Shown here: in pieces, positions 37,072-46,287 of the stretch
Numbering within the stretch: the stretch's first letter is position 1
Layout: each line of letters opens with the position of its first letter
Virus record (IMG/VR): IMGVR_UViG_3300031772_000003
Location: 1-64,000 of that record
Length of the DNA stretch: 64,000 bases
Strand: one strand, 5' to 3'
DNA from: a virus
Position numbers and translations under genes: made by a program
Notes under the pieces: model-generated
Told to the model about the DNA's origin: nothing
Databases searched by the model: none
The model's input: the letters and a program-made list of their open reading frames with translations, nothing else

Positions 37072-38022
37072 TTACGGAAATACGGGCGTGGTTTGGGTCA
37101 TTTTTTGACATGTGAGTTGACACGATTGGTTACACGTAGAAGTGCAGGACGCTTCGCACCCAGTCATACACCCCCCGGGGGCTCCGGTGCATGCGATTTG
37201 GCACGATACGGTGCAAGCACCCGTGGTGCAGGAGATCATGCAATAATTCGTGCAATTCCCCTGACATGAACACTGACAGAACCCCACGCAGGTCGTCGTG
37301 ATCTCCAAGCCACGGGCCCCACAAGCATCGGGGAACACGGGATCGAACCAGATACCGGCGTCGTTGGGGCTGGTGGCCGTGTCCACGAACGAGCCGCTCA
37401 CGCTCTGTATATCCAGGGGATCGCCGGCGTAATCCGTGTCCGAGGGGACGGGCACCGTAGTCGTAGGGACCTCCGTGGTTCCACCAGGCTTCCGGATGAG
37501 GACGTGGATGGGCCTGAAGGGCTCGGCCACGCCTCCAACGTCCACGCCCTGGTCCCCAGTGGTCATGCTGGGGGTACGGACATCGACCCTGGCCGCCTTT
37601 ATGGTGTGGGCGTAATCGGTGTAGAGCGAGTAGTCGCTCTCCTCATGCAGCTTGGTCTTCCAGAGTTCCCAGGGGAAGTGGTTGATGAAGCCGTGGCACC
37701 TGAGCATCGCCTCCCAGGACGGGCGAGTGGCCTTGATGTGCCACAACAACCCGATAGTCTTGAGGAAGACTCGGCGCTTCGCCGTGGACCAAGTCTTGCT
37801 CGTGCCGAGCCCGAGCAGCTGGCCCATCAAGGCAATGTAGGTGGGGTCAACGGTATCAGGGTCGCGTAAGGTCTTAAGATCCGTGATCTCGGTGGTTGTG
37901 GCTTCTAGTTCCTGCTCCAGCGACTCCACGATCTTCTGGAGTGTACCGATGCTCTCCCCACCCCGCGCCGCGGCGTCGTAGGTCCTCACGACCTCGGGCA
38001 GGAGCCGGTAGAGACCTAACAC
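37072..38022 (-). CDS. baseplate/tail protein (gpI-like paralog) with C-terminal CxxxC array
   Basis: [25 protein letters not shown]; 16 Cys in the final ~70 aa. Confidence 0.8.
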   Translation of the reverse strand: MLGLYRLLPEVVRTYDAAARGGESIGTLQKIVESLEQELEATTTEITDLKTLRDPDTVDPTYIALMGQLLGLGTSKTWSTAKRRVFLKTIGLLWHIKATRPSWEAMLRCHGFINHFPWELWKTKLHEESDYSLYTDYAHTIKAARVDVRTPSMTTGDQGVDVGGVAEPFRPIHVLIRKPGGTTEVPTTTVPVPSDTDYAGDPLDIQSVSGSFVDTATSPNDAGIWFDPVFPDACGARGLEITTTCVGFCQCSCQGNCTNYCMISCTTGACTVSCQIACTGAPGGCMTGCEASCTSTCNQSCQLTCQKMTQTTPVFP

Positions 38023-38031
38023 GAGCGGCTC

Positions 38032-40686
38032 CTACGTTGCAGCGGCGATGGTGGTAACGGCGATGGTGCCGGGGACCAGAAGCTGATCGGGGCCCAGTGG
38101 CACGTCCTCCGATGGGGTGCGGAGCAACTGCCTGTAGGTGCTGTAGATTTTCGTTCCCGCGGCGGGCACGACGGCGAAGGTGAACTTATAGGCCCCTGTA
38201 TCGTAGTTGATGTAATTCGTACCCGGGGCTACGTCCCCGATCAAGACGCCGTAGCCGTCGTCCACGACGGTTTGCGAGCCCGTCGTGAAGGCGATGCCAC
38301 CAATGGCCAGGATGTCATCGTGGGGGACGATGGGTGGGAACTTGACGGAGCCCTCGACCTCACCCGTGGTCCCATCCATGACTGCCTCCTGCCCGCCCCG
38401 CTGGTAATCGATGAGGTGGCGGAACTCCGCGTTGACCGTTTCGCCCAGCGCTGGGGCACCCGAGAACGTCACATCCACGGCACCCGTCTCGTAATCGATG
38501 GTGTTGGCCCCAGCGGGATCGACGCTCCCGACCAGGAGGCCGTCGCCGTCATCAATGACTACCAAGGTCCCAGCGTCGATCCTCACGGTTCCGGGGATGA
38601 TCGTGAGGTAACGGGTGATGGGGGGGGTGAATGGGAAATTAGTGGCCACGCCGTCACCCGTGGCCACGGTGGACTCAGTTTTGACCGAGGCGGTCATGAC
38701 GTTGATCAATCCATGAGCGACGCCGGCGCTGTCCTGAATCGCGTTGTAGGCCCTGGACAGGTGGAAGTCATCGCCGGGCTCGTAGTCATCGAGCAGGTTC
38801 CTGACTGCCACAGCGACGTTAGTGGAAACCTCGGTGGCGGCGAAGTCGCTCATCAACTGGACCTCGATGCTGAGATCGAGGTAGACGATGATGCCGTCGA
38901 CCACCTCTACGTCGGTACAAATGACCCGGATCGCGCCCTGTCCGTTGTTCATGAAGTAGTTGTACAGCGCGGCCTTGAGGCCCGCGGACGGAGCCACGAT
39001 GGCTCCGGCGTAATCACGGGCCCAAATCGCGGCGCAAACCATATTGTACTCCGGGACCTCCTGCTTCAACCAGCACGACACGAATGCAGGGGCCCCGTAC
39101 ACGGGGTCGCGGAACGCATTGGCCAGGGCATTGAAGTCCGCCCGGGTCACGGCCCTGCCGTTGGCACTGACCCACGGCGGAATCCAGCGGCGGGCATGCT
39201 CTAGGGTCTCCCGGTCGAGCCCGCCGCTGCCCGGCTCCTCGTTCAGGAGATCCATTGGGATCGCCTGGGGCGGCGCGACGCCGTCGAGCCAGCCCGTGAC
39301 CGCGGTGTCGATGGCCCCGATGGGGACGTTGCCGACGAGACCGCCGCCTACACGGTAGGACACGGTGATCGCGGCCCCGTTGGGAGGCAGAGCACCACAA
39401 TCGCCGTCCCCGAATTGGATGTAGCCGTAGTCGTCGTCGTCATAGTCAATGGCGTAGACCTTAGCGGTCCCGTCGCTATAGATCAGCGACTCCACTTCGG
39501 TCCAGTCCACCCCCGCAACCCTTACGACCAGCGAGCCGTCTACGACCTCGGGCACGGTGAGCTTGAACTTCTGCCACGCCGCTCCATCGGAGGTGAAAGC
39601 ATCGGCCTGATCGAGACCCTCCACAAAGGTCAGTAAGGCCGTGAGGTCACCTGCGGGTATCCGCTGGTCCACGACGGTACGGAACGTCACGTCCCCCGTG
39701 GCTGATACCGTGGTGCCGCTGGGCAAAATCGTGTCGTTGGTCTGGACCGACCCGATCGTGGCCTTCACGCGCACTGCCGCCGCTGAGGCGGGCCGGAGCT
39801 TATACCCGACGAGCTTGCCGAGATTGACGATGCTCTCGCGGTGCTGCAATGTGGGGAGGAAGCCTTCGTTGGCGGTGTAGTCGAGGAAATAGCTTAACTG
39901 ATCTGTGCAGTTGTGCAGGAAACACCCCACCGAGAGGCCAAAGTTATGGGGCCCCTCAAGGATGCTGATGTCATATACATCCTCACGCTCTTGGAGTGCC
40001 CGCACAGAAACGATTTTGTGGTTAGCTTGGGCGAGTCGGGCCTTCACAGTGTCCTTCGAGCAAGACAACTGCCGGCTGATCTCTGGAACCGACAGTCCCT
40101 CCTGGCGAAGCCTGATCACGTCTGCTGGCAGGTGGTGGACAATTTCAGACCTCTCCCCAGGAGCGCAGAGGTTATGGGTTCCGACCCACCGCCCTGTTGC
40201 AGGGTTCTTGGTCTGTTCATAACCACGACCAGACTGCCGCCGGTACAGGGGCATCAGGCTGTCCCCCTGCTGAAGTTCGCAGGCTGGTTTATAGGTGCTG
40301 TCACGCATGAGCCACAGGTGGTTAGGTGTGCAGCGGACAGACTTCCCATTGTCAAGAGTGACCTCGACAAGTTCTGCGTCCTGCCGCGTTAGTTTGGCCT
40401 CCGCCAAAGCAGGGACGATATTCTGGCTTTGCTCATCTGCGGCATAGACCCAGAATGGCTCTCGACCTACTAGGTCCTTGATCTCTGCCTCTGCCCCATC
40501 AAGCAGAGGAATCTTTGTCTCCCCTACTACGCAATAGGCAGTGAGCTCTAGCAACGCCATGCCGATGCTGGAGGCGTACAGATCCTGCCAATCACTCGGG
40601 AACCGCGCCTTGATGTGGGAGATGAGCAGGGCCCGAATCGTTGAATAGTCCCTACCCGTGTAGTTGATCGCTGGCAATTGTGCCAT
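38032..40686 (-). CDS. baseplate wedge protein (gp6/baseplate J-like) with intein
   Basis: INYTGRDYSTIR, GDG..G..PP, YRVGGG..GN, RAVTRADF. Confidence 0.92.
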   Translation of the reverse strand: MAQLPAINYTGRDYSTIRALLISHIKARFPSDWQDLYASSIGMALLELTAYCVVGETKIPLLDGAEAEIKDLVGREPFWVYAADEQSQNIVPALAEAKLTRQDAELVEVTLDNGKSVRCTPNHLWLMRDSTYKPACELQQGDSLMPLYRRQSGRGYEQTKNPATGRWVGTHNLCAPGERSEIVHHLPADVIRLRQEGLSVPEISRQLSCSKDTVKARLAQANHKIVSVRALQEREDVYDISILEGPHNFGLSVGCFLHNCTDQLSYFLDYTANEGFLPTLQHRESIVNLGKLVGYKLRPASAAAVRVKATIGSVQTNDTILPSGTTVSATGDVTFRTVVDQRIPAGDLTALLTFVEGLDQADAFTSDGAAWQKFKLTVPEVVDGSLVVRVAGVDWTEVESLIYSDGTAKVYAIDYDDDDYGYIQFGDGDCGALPPNGAAITVSYRVGGGLVGNVPIGAIDTAVTGWLDGVAPPQAIPMDLLNEEPGSGGLDRETLEHARRWIPPWVSANGRAVTRADFNALANAFRDPVYGAPAFVSCWLKQEVPEYNMVCAAIWARDYAGAIVAPSAGLKAALYNYFMNNGQGAIRVICTDVEVVDGIIVYLDLSIEVQLMSDFAATEVSTNVAVAVRNLLDDYEPGDDFHLSRAYNAIQDSAGVAHGLINVMTASVKTESTVATGDGVATNFPFTPPITRYLTIIPGTVRIDAGTLVVIDDGDGLLVGSVDPAGANTIDYETGAVDVTFSGAPALGETVNAEFRHLIDYQRGGQEAVMDGTTGEVEGSVKFPPIVPHDDILAIGGIAFTTGSQTVVDDGYGVLIGDVAPGTNYINYDTGAYKFTFAVVPAAGTKIYSTYRQLLRTPSEDVPLGPDQLLVPGTIAVTTIAAAT
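39910..40533 (-). mobile_element. intein (208 aa) with degenerate HNH remnant/HTH
   Basis: CVVGET start, CTPNH, ends VYDISI..PHNFGLSVGCFLHN|C. Confidence 0.93.
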
Positions 40687-41114
40687 CAGGGTGTTCCTCC
40701 TTGCGCGTAGTAGCTGGGGCTCAACGCGATGTCCACGACATCCACCGCGTCTGCCATTGGGTCCTTCACGTTCTTCGTGATGACTTGGATGTTGAGTTGG
40801 TCCCCATCCCTGACGGCCTTCAGGTCGACAAAGGCGATCCGGGGATCGGGCACGTCGTACTCGTTGGTCTCGTAGGTCATTATGGCCTGCTGGACCTCCG
40901 TGCGCGCCGCCGCAACGAGCCGGGCGTCGTTGGGCTCATGGACCATGTCCGGAAGCGACGTGCCGAAGTCCGGCCTCATGCGGCGCTCGCGCTTCCGGGT
41001 CAGCAAGATCCAGAAGACGCTGCTGCGCAGTACCTCTTTGTCGTCTTTGGATGAGACGAGGGTCTGGACCGCGGGGCCCCACGGCAACGACATGCCGCAC
41101 CATATTCGAGGCAT
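40686..41114 (-). CDS. baseplate gp25-like sheath initiator
   Basis: ILLTRKRERRMRPDFGT.L...VHEP. Confidence 0.9.
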   Translation of the reverse strand: MPRIWCGMSLPWGPAVQTLVSSKDDKEVLRSSVFWILLTRKRERRMRPDFGTSLPDMVHEPNDARLVAAARTEVQQAIMTYETNEYDVPDPRIAFVDLKAVRDGDQLNIQVITKNVKDPMADAVDVVDIALSPSYYAQGGTP

Positions 41115-41116
41115 AA

Positions 41117-41857
41117 CTAAGCTCCTGTAGGATGCGTGTCGAACCCGTGGGCCTCGGGGGCGTAGCCCTCGATCTTGGTGTCACTCTCCAACTTGGCGAG
41201 TGTGGCCCCCTTGCCCGTCAGTGTCGCTGCCGCGTCCAGAACGATGTCCGTGCCCGTGAGGGTCAGCGACTCCTGGGCCTCGATCACGATGTCCTTGCCT
41301 TTCAGGGTCAGGGTCTTGTCTTCGCTCCCGACGATGACTTCCCAGTCTTTGCCCCACAGCTTCACATGCTTCTGGTCTTTGTTGAACTCCAAGTAGTATT
41401 TGTCCTTCTCCCATACCAGTTCCAGCTTCTTCTCGTGGAGGCGCAGCCACACCCCCTCGACGCCGGGCACGGGGAAGCGGAGGCACCAAATCTTGGGGTA
41501 GGGCTCGCCCATGTCGCTGATGCACTCCTGGCCTAGTTCCGGTGTCCCGTCCTTCTCGCCGAAACACTGCCCGATCCAGATGGGGCTGTTGGGATCGCCC
41601 TGCTCGAACTCGACCCAGACTTCTGTGCCCACGGCAGGGACGGCGAAGAAACCGTAGGCAGTACCATCAGATCTGCCGCCCCCAACGGCAAAGCAAGGCC
41701 AAGCCCAGGGAAGCTCATCATCCTTCACGTCCTTGCCGTAGACCTGATCGACACGGGCCCTGATGCGGCCCATGTGGGGGTGCTTCGTTTCGCTGTCGTT
41801 GTTCTTGACGACGATGCCACGATAAGGGCCGTAGTAGCGCCCGGGGCTCTCGGTCAT
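41117..41857 (-). CDS. baseplate central spike (gp5/VgrG OB-fold)
   Basis: YRGIV...GRIRARV...LPWAWPC...VPAVGTEVWVEFEQGDPNSPIWIG. Confidence 0.92.
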   Translation of the reverse strand: MTESPGRYYGPYRGIVVKNNDSETKHPHMGRIRARVDQVYGKDVKDDELPWAWPCFAVGGGRSDGTAYGFFAVPAVGTEVWVEFEQGDPNSPIWIGQCFGEKDGTPELGQECISDMGEPYPKIWCLRFPVPGVEGVWLRLHEKKLELVWEKDKYYLEFNKDQKHVKLWGKDWEVIVGSEDKTLTLKGKDIVIEAQESLTLTGTDIVLDAAATLTGKGATLAKLESDTKIEGYAPEAHGFDTHPTGA

Positions 41858-42963
41858 GACATGGTCCTCCGCTCCAGGTACAGTACGGTCTTGTAGCTCG
41901 TGGGCCTAATGAGGTGGCGGATTGCGTAGACGAAATAGCGGCCCCCCAAGAAGTGATCACGGCCCTGCGAATCCTTGACCTCCAGCGACACTATGGATGC
42001 GACTTCCGCCTCGGGAAGGGGCAGGACCCGCAGGGCCACTCTGAAGAGGCCGTGGAGTTCGCGGCTCCACGTCGATTTCGCTCGGTTCCCCACGTCTTGG
42101 TTGCGGAACGCATCGGGGTGTGGCTCGACCACGGAGAGAACCGTTGACGGTTTGTCCGGGGCGGGCAGGGTCCTGCTGGCCAAGTGGGTGTAGGTCACGG
42201 AGTTGTCATCGGCCTTCCAGAATACTGGCACCTTCTTGAGGGGATCGAATCCTCGGGCGGCGGTGGACAGCGACCCGTCCAAGGGGAGATAGAGCCGGCG
42301 GTAATCGATGCGAAGCGCGGCGACATCCGTGGGATTCTGCTGGCCCGTTGTAGGGGCGAGCCGGAACGTATAAGCAGCCTCACCTAGTTCCGGGGGCTTG
42401 AATACGAGGGTATCCCCATTGGAGACGTAGAGGTAGAAATCGGCGCGGCCTGTGGCCGACACGGCTCGCGGAAGGAGTTCGTGCCGCAGGAATGCTCCAT
42501 CATCCAGGGTACAGGTGTAGAGCGTCCACTTCCCCTCCGTTTCCTCCACGTCGGGCTTGAGATTAGCATTCTTGGCAATCTTGCGGACCATCTCAGCGAT
42601 GGTCGTGTCCACGAAGGCGCGCTCGGAGCAGGTTTCTCGGAGCCTGATTCCGGTGTCCGTGGCTTGGACACTGGCCCGTAATGAGCCGTAGCGGTAGTGG
42701 AACCTGCCACCATTCACGAGTACGGTCCGCCACTGCCCCCAATGGTCTTGGTTGCCGGCGGTGTAGCCCCACCGCAGTTTGCATGGGGTCTTCGCCCCAT
42801 CTTGGATCACGCCGTCCCAGCCTTCCCACCGGTCCGTCGTGGTCGAGAGGGCCCAAGCGGCGCAGCCGTAGACGCTCTCGAAGTAGGTGAAACTGTGGAA
42901 GCCCTTTTCCACTTCGAGGTCTTCGCCGCCGGCCATGAGTGTGACGCGGGGACTAATGATCAT
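41854..42963 (-). CDS. baseplate hub protein (gp27/gpD-like)
   Basis: Position between the LysM-like gene and the spike; LRWGY, TIAEMVRKIA, GRYFVYAIRH. Confidence 0.75.
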   Translation of the reverse strand: MIISPRVTLMAGGEDLEVEKGFHSFTYFESVYGCAAWALSTTTDRWEGWDGVIQDGAKTPCKLRWGYTAGNQDHWGQWRTVLVNGGRFHYRYGSLRASVQATDTGIRLRETCSERAFVDTTIAEMVRKIAKNANLKPDVEETEGKWTLYTCTLDDGAFLRHELLPRAVSATGRADFYLYVSNGDTLVFKPPELGEAAYTFRLAPTTGQQNPTDVAALRIDYRRLYLPLDGSLSTAARGFDPLKKVPVFWKADDNSVTYTHLASRTLPAPDKPSTVLSVVEPHPDAFRNQDVGNRAKSTWSRELHGLFRVALRVLPLPEAEVASIVSLEVKDSQGRDHFLGGRYFVYAIRHLIRPTSYKTVLYLERRTMS

Positions 42964-43316
42964 CGCTCGGGCAGGCCGCGGACGAAGGCCGCAGCCACCT
43001 CCTTGGGATCGGGGATTAAGAGCGTTTGCCCCACCGCGAGGTCGGTGAGGGGGTTCTTGATCCCGTTGATTCTCGCAATGACCCACCACATCGTGCAGTC
43101 CCGGTAGTGGTCCCACGCGATGAGGTCGATGCAGCCGATGTCGCTTTGGCGCACGACATGGCGCTTCGCCCCCGTGAGCCTGATCTGGGGGATCTTCCAG
43201 AGCCCGAGGCATTGCCGCCCCGGGGCGATGCGGGTATCGGTGTGGAGCTTGGTCAAGGCGTAGCGGCCCGCATTGGCCCTAACCGACTCCAGTGTGGGAT
43301 CGTTGAGTTCTGCCAT
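42960..43316 (-). CDS. baseplate wedge gp53/LysM-like protein
   Basis: IDLIAWDHY...WWVIARINGIKNP..DL.VGQTLLIP. Confidence 0.88.
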   Translation of the reverse strand: MAELNDPTLESVRANAGRYALTKLHTDTRIAPGRQCLGLWKIPQIRLTGAKRHVVRQSDIGCIDLIAWDHYRDCTMWWVIARINGIKNPLTDLAVGQTLLIPDPKEVAAAFVRGLPER

Positions 43317-43326
43317 ACCATTCTCC

Positions 43327-43917
43327 TCACCCGCCAGCAGCACGCGCGGTGCTGGATGGGCTACTTGTGAATCCGGGGTGCTCTCCGAACTTCCAGGGCC
43401 TGCACGGCAGCCTGGAAGCATCCGCGGCAGCATCCGCGTCCCGTCCGTAATGCGGGGTTAGCACGAGGGTAACCGTGGCCCGCAGCGGCATGCCGGTAAT
43501 GATGTCCCATGGGTACTCGAACTTGACTTTGATGGTCTTGACGATGTTGTCTCTGGAGAACCAACATACACCACCGCTACCCTCCACGCGCATGTTTACG
43601 ATCCCCACCTGCTTCATCCCCCTCACAGGGAGAGCCAAATCGTACAGGCACTCGATGATCTGGATCAGGTGTTGGGGTTCGGAGATCGACTCCGACGCCC
43701 CAACGGCGAGTTTAAGCTCCAGGGTGATGTCATCGACATGACCACCTTGGTACAGAACCTGCACATAGTGGGTCGAGCGGATACCTTCCACCGACTCGAG
43801 CTTATTCTCATATCCATCCTCGAACCCATCCTGGAGGGCGAAGACCAGGTACGGTTCCCCAATTGGGCCTCCAATCGCGGAGAGGCGGATCGTGGCGGGG
43901 GCGGATGGCTTCTCCAT
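43327..43917 (-). CDS. tail tube initiator-like protein
   Basis: Follows the tape measure gene; GMPLRATVTL motif. Confidence 0.65.
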   Translation of the reverse strand: MEKPSAPATIRLSAIGGPIGEPYLVFALQDGFEDGYENKLESVEGIRSTHYVQVLYQGGHVDDITLELKLAVGASESISEPQHLIQIIECLYDLALPVRGMKQVGIVNMRVEGSGGVCWFSRDNIVKTIKVKFEYPWDIITGMPLRATVTLVLTPHYGRDADAAADASRLPCRPWKFGEHPGFTSSPSSTARAAGG

Positions 43918-46046
43918 TAAGCGAAAGTCCCCAAATGGATGAGGTGGCTGGACACGTCCGCCTCCTCCTCATCCTGCTGAGTGATACGGGTAGCGTACTT
44001 GTCGATCTTGCTGCCGATCCCGCTGAGTACGCGCGTCACGGGATCGATGGCATCCCCCATAGCCTGGGCAACAAGCGTTGGTTTGGCCATGGTGGGCATA
44101 GCCGCTGCTCTAGGCACAGCGAGGATGCTGGGTTTCCCAGCAGGCCCCGCGGGCCCTGCCTCTCCATGCGCACCGCCTCCCTTTGGAAAGGAAATCACGG
44201 GCGGGGGGGCGGGAGAGACTGGGGTTAGGGAATGGCCTGCCTCCCGTCCTGGAGCAGAGGAGACAGGGGTGCTACCTCGCGCAGCACCTGCTTCTCTGGG
44301 GGGCCCGGGCAGAAGGACAGGACTAAAGAGGCCCCTTAACCCCGCCGCAACGGTCCTACCTGGTGCAGCAAGCCAGGACATTGCTTCCCCAGCCGCACGA
44401 ATTGCCCCAGCCAAGTTTTCCCATGCGGCGGCAAGTGCTTGAACCAATGGGACCAGTGGAGTGAGAAGGCGCTGCAGCTTTGGGTTGATGAGGCGCAGCA
44501 AGCCGCCGAATGCCGCTACGAGTCCCACTAGTGCCGTGATAAGCAGTCCGATCGCCCCAATGAAGGCGAAGATCGGGTTGGCCCACATCGCCACATTGAG
44601 CAGCCATTGAACCGCTGTCCATATAAGGATTCCTGCTGCGATTAGCGTTAGGATAGGCGGCATATACTTCAGGATTGCGACGAACGCTGCTAAGATTCCG
44701 AGACTGGCCCATATCGGGTTGGCCCACATCGCTGTGTTGAGCAGCCACTGTGCCGCCACCAATACGATGAATCCACCTACGACAAGTTTCAGGGCCAACG
44801 GCAACTTGCTCAGAAACATCAGGAAAGCCAGCCCGACCACGGCGGCGCGCCACCACGGGCTTGCTGCCGTCGCCGTATTAAGGGCCCACTGCGCCGTTGC
44901 TAGAAAGAGGAGTCCCGTAGCAACGGCAGGGATGACACCCTTGCCTCGGATGAGCCAATCAATCACCCCACTAAGCCACGTCACCATGGGCCTGAGAGCG
45001 TTCACCACGGGCAGGAGAGCATCGTGAAGCGCCGGGATCAAAGTATAGATCAATGGACGCAACGCATTGACGAGAGTCAGCAGCGCATCTTGAAGGGGTA
45101 TGAATAAAGGCATGATGGCATTCTTGAGAACGGTGAACACAGGCATCAGGGCCTCTGCGAGCAAGCGCATCGGAGCTATTGTTTGGAGCAGCGGCATGAG
45201 ACCTGTTTTGAGAGCAGTTAGCCAACCAAGTTCCTTTGGTGCGCCAGCACCGGGACCCGCCACTACTGGTGCGCCAGCACCGGGACCCGCCACTACTGGT
45301 GCGCCAGCACCGGGACCCGCCACTACTGGTGCGCCAGCACCGGGACCCGCCACTATGGGCTCGCGGGGCATCTCTGCCTCCAGTAGTCCCCTGATCTTTA
45401 CCTGTTTCTCTTTCTTGCTCAGTCCCGCCATCGAGGTATCGAATGCCTGCTGCACGGCAGGAAGCATTGCCCGGTTCATTATGCCGAGGAGGGCCATTGC
45501 GTAATCAGGTCCCGCCTGAACCGCGCTTTCGATAAGTACGGCCCGCATGCTGGCGCTGAGGTTTTCGGGGCCAACCTCATACACCATGTCACCCACCTTC
45601 GCCATGAAATCCCTGACCCCCATGTCGGCGAGGTGCCGGGTCAAGTCACGGGCCGTATGTCCCGTGGCAAGTATGGCCTCTTGAGCCAGCATGAGATCGC
45701 GGGCCAACTCCTTGGGGGATGACCCGGCGGCGAATGCTTCTATCTTGACCCGCCCCATTGTGTCTACGACCCGATCTAACTCCGAGGTCATGGCTCCCAC
45801 ATAGGCAGGCCCCCTGCGCGTAAGTCCCTGCCAGAAACCTTGCCCGAAGTTCTGGGCTGCCGCTGTGAGGGTCTTGAAGGTCGTTGTGATATGGCCCGTT
45901 GCAGGAGGGAGACTGAGGGCGGCCTGCTGCATCGCCCACATGCCGGCCTCGAAACCGCGGGACATGGTCCTGATGGGAGCGGAGACGTTGTCCCGGAGCG
46001 CCGCGATCCATTGGAAGACGCGGGTAGTTGTCCCTGGAGCGGCCAT
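43917..46046 (-). CDS. tape measure protein
   Basis: Position; repeated QWLLNxAMWANP motifs. Confidence 0.85.
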   Translation of the reverse strand: MAAPGTTTRVFQWIAALRDNVSAPIRTMSRGFEAGMWAMQQAALSLPPATGHITTTFKTLTAAAQNFGQGFWQGLTRRGPAYVGAMTSELDRVVDTMGRVKIEAFAAGSSPKELARDLMLAQEAILATGHTARDLTRHLADMGVRDFMAKVGDMVYEVGPENLSASMRAVLIESAVQAGPDYAMALLGIMNRAMLPAVQQAFDTSMAGLSKKEKQVKIRGLLEAEMPREPIVAGPGAGAPVVAGPGAGAPVVAGPGAGAPVVAGPGAGAPKELGWLTALKTGLMPLLQTIAPMRLLAEALMPVFTVLKNAIMPLFIPLQDALLTLVNALRPLIYTLIPALHDALLPVVNALRPMVTWLSGVIDWLIRGKGVIPAVATGLLFLATAQWALNTATAASPWWRAAVVGLAFLMFLSKLPLALKLVVGGFIVLVAAQWLLNTAMWANPIWASLGILAAFVAILKYMPPILTLIAAGILIWTAVQWLLNVAMWANPIFAFIGAIGLLITALVGLVAAFGGLLRLINPKLQRLLTPLVPLVQALAAAWENLAGAIRAAGEAMSWLAAPGRTVAAGLRGLFSPVLLPGPPREAGAARGSTPVSSAPGREAGHSLTPVSPAPPPVISFPKGGGAHGEAGPAGPAGKPSILAVPRAAAMPTMAKPTLVAQAMGDAIDPVTRVLSGIGSKIDKYATRITQQDEEEADVSSHLIHLGTFA
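45238..45355. repeat. 30-bp tandem repeat x4 (PVVAGPGAGA) within the tape measure gene
   Basis: ggtgcgccagcaccgggacccgccactact repeated. Confidence 0.95.
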
Positions 46047-46055
46047 TGGAGTGCC

Positions 46056-46247
46056 TCAACTGATACGGGCCCGGCCCAGCAGACCTTGGGGCAGCGCACC
46101 GCCCTCATCGCCTTGGCCCCGCTGTTCCATCTCCACGTTCTCATTGAGGCACCGCACGTGGCGCTGCCTCTCCGTGGGACTCATCCGGCCCGATGCGTCG
46201 AGCCCGACGCCGCCGTGCCTGGAAAGGATTAGCTGTTCTTTGGTCAC
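46056..46247 (-). CDS. gp51-like small baseplate/tail assembly protein (possibly a frameshift extension of the upstream gene)
   Basis: L..HGG......MSPTER....L pattern; frame open from about 46327. Confidence 0.6.
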   Translation of the reverse strand: MTKEQLILSRHGGVGLDASGRMSPTERQRHVRCLNENVEMEQRGQGDEGGALPQGLLGRARIS

Positions 46248-46287
46248 GTTATCCAGGCGCTCGCGGGCGGCTTGCTGGTCCTCGGCG

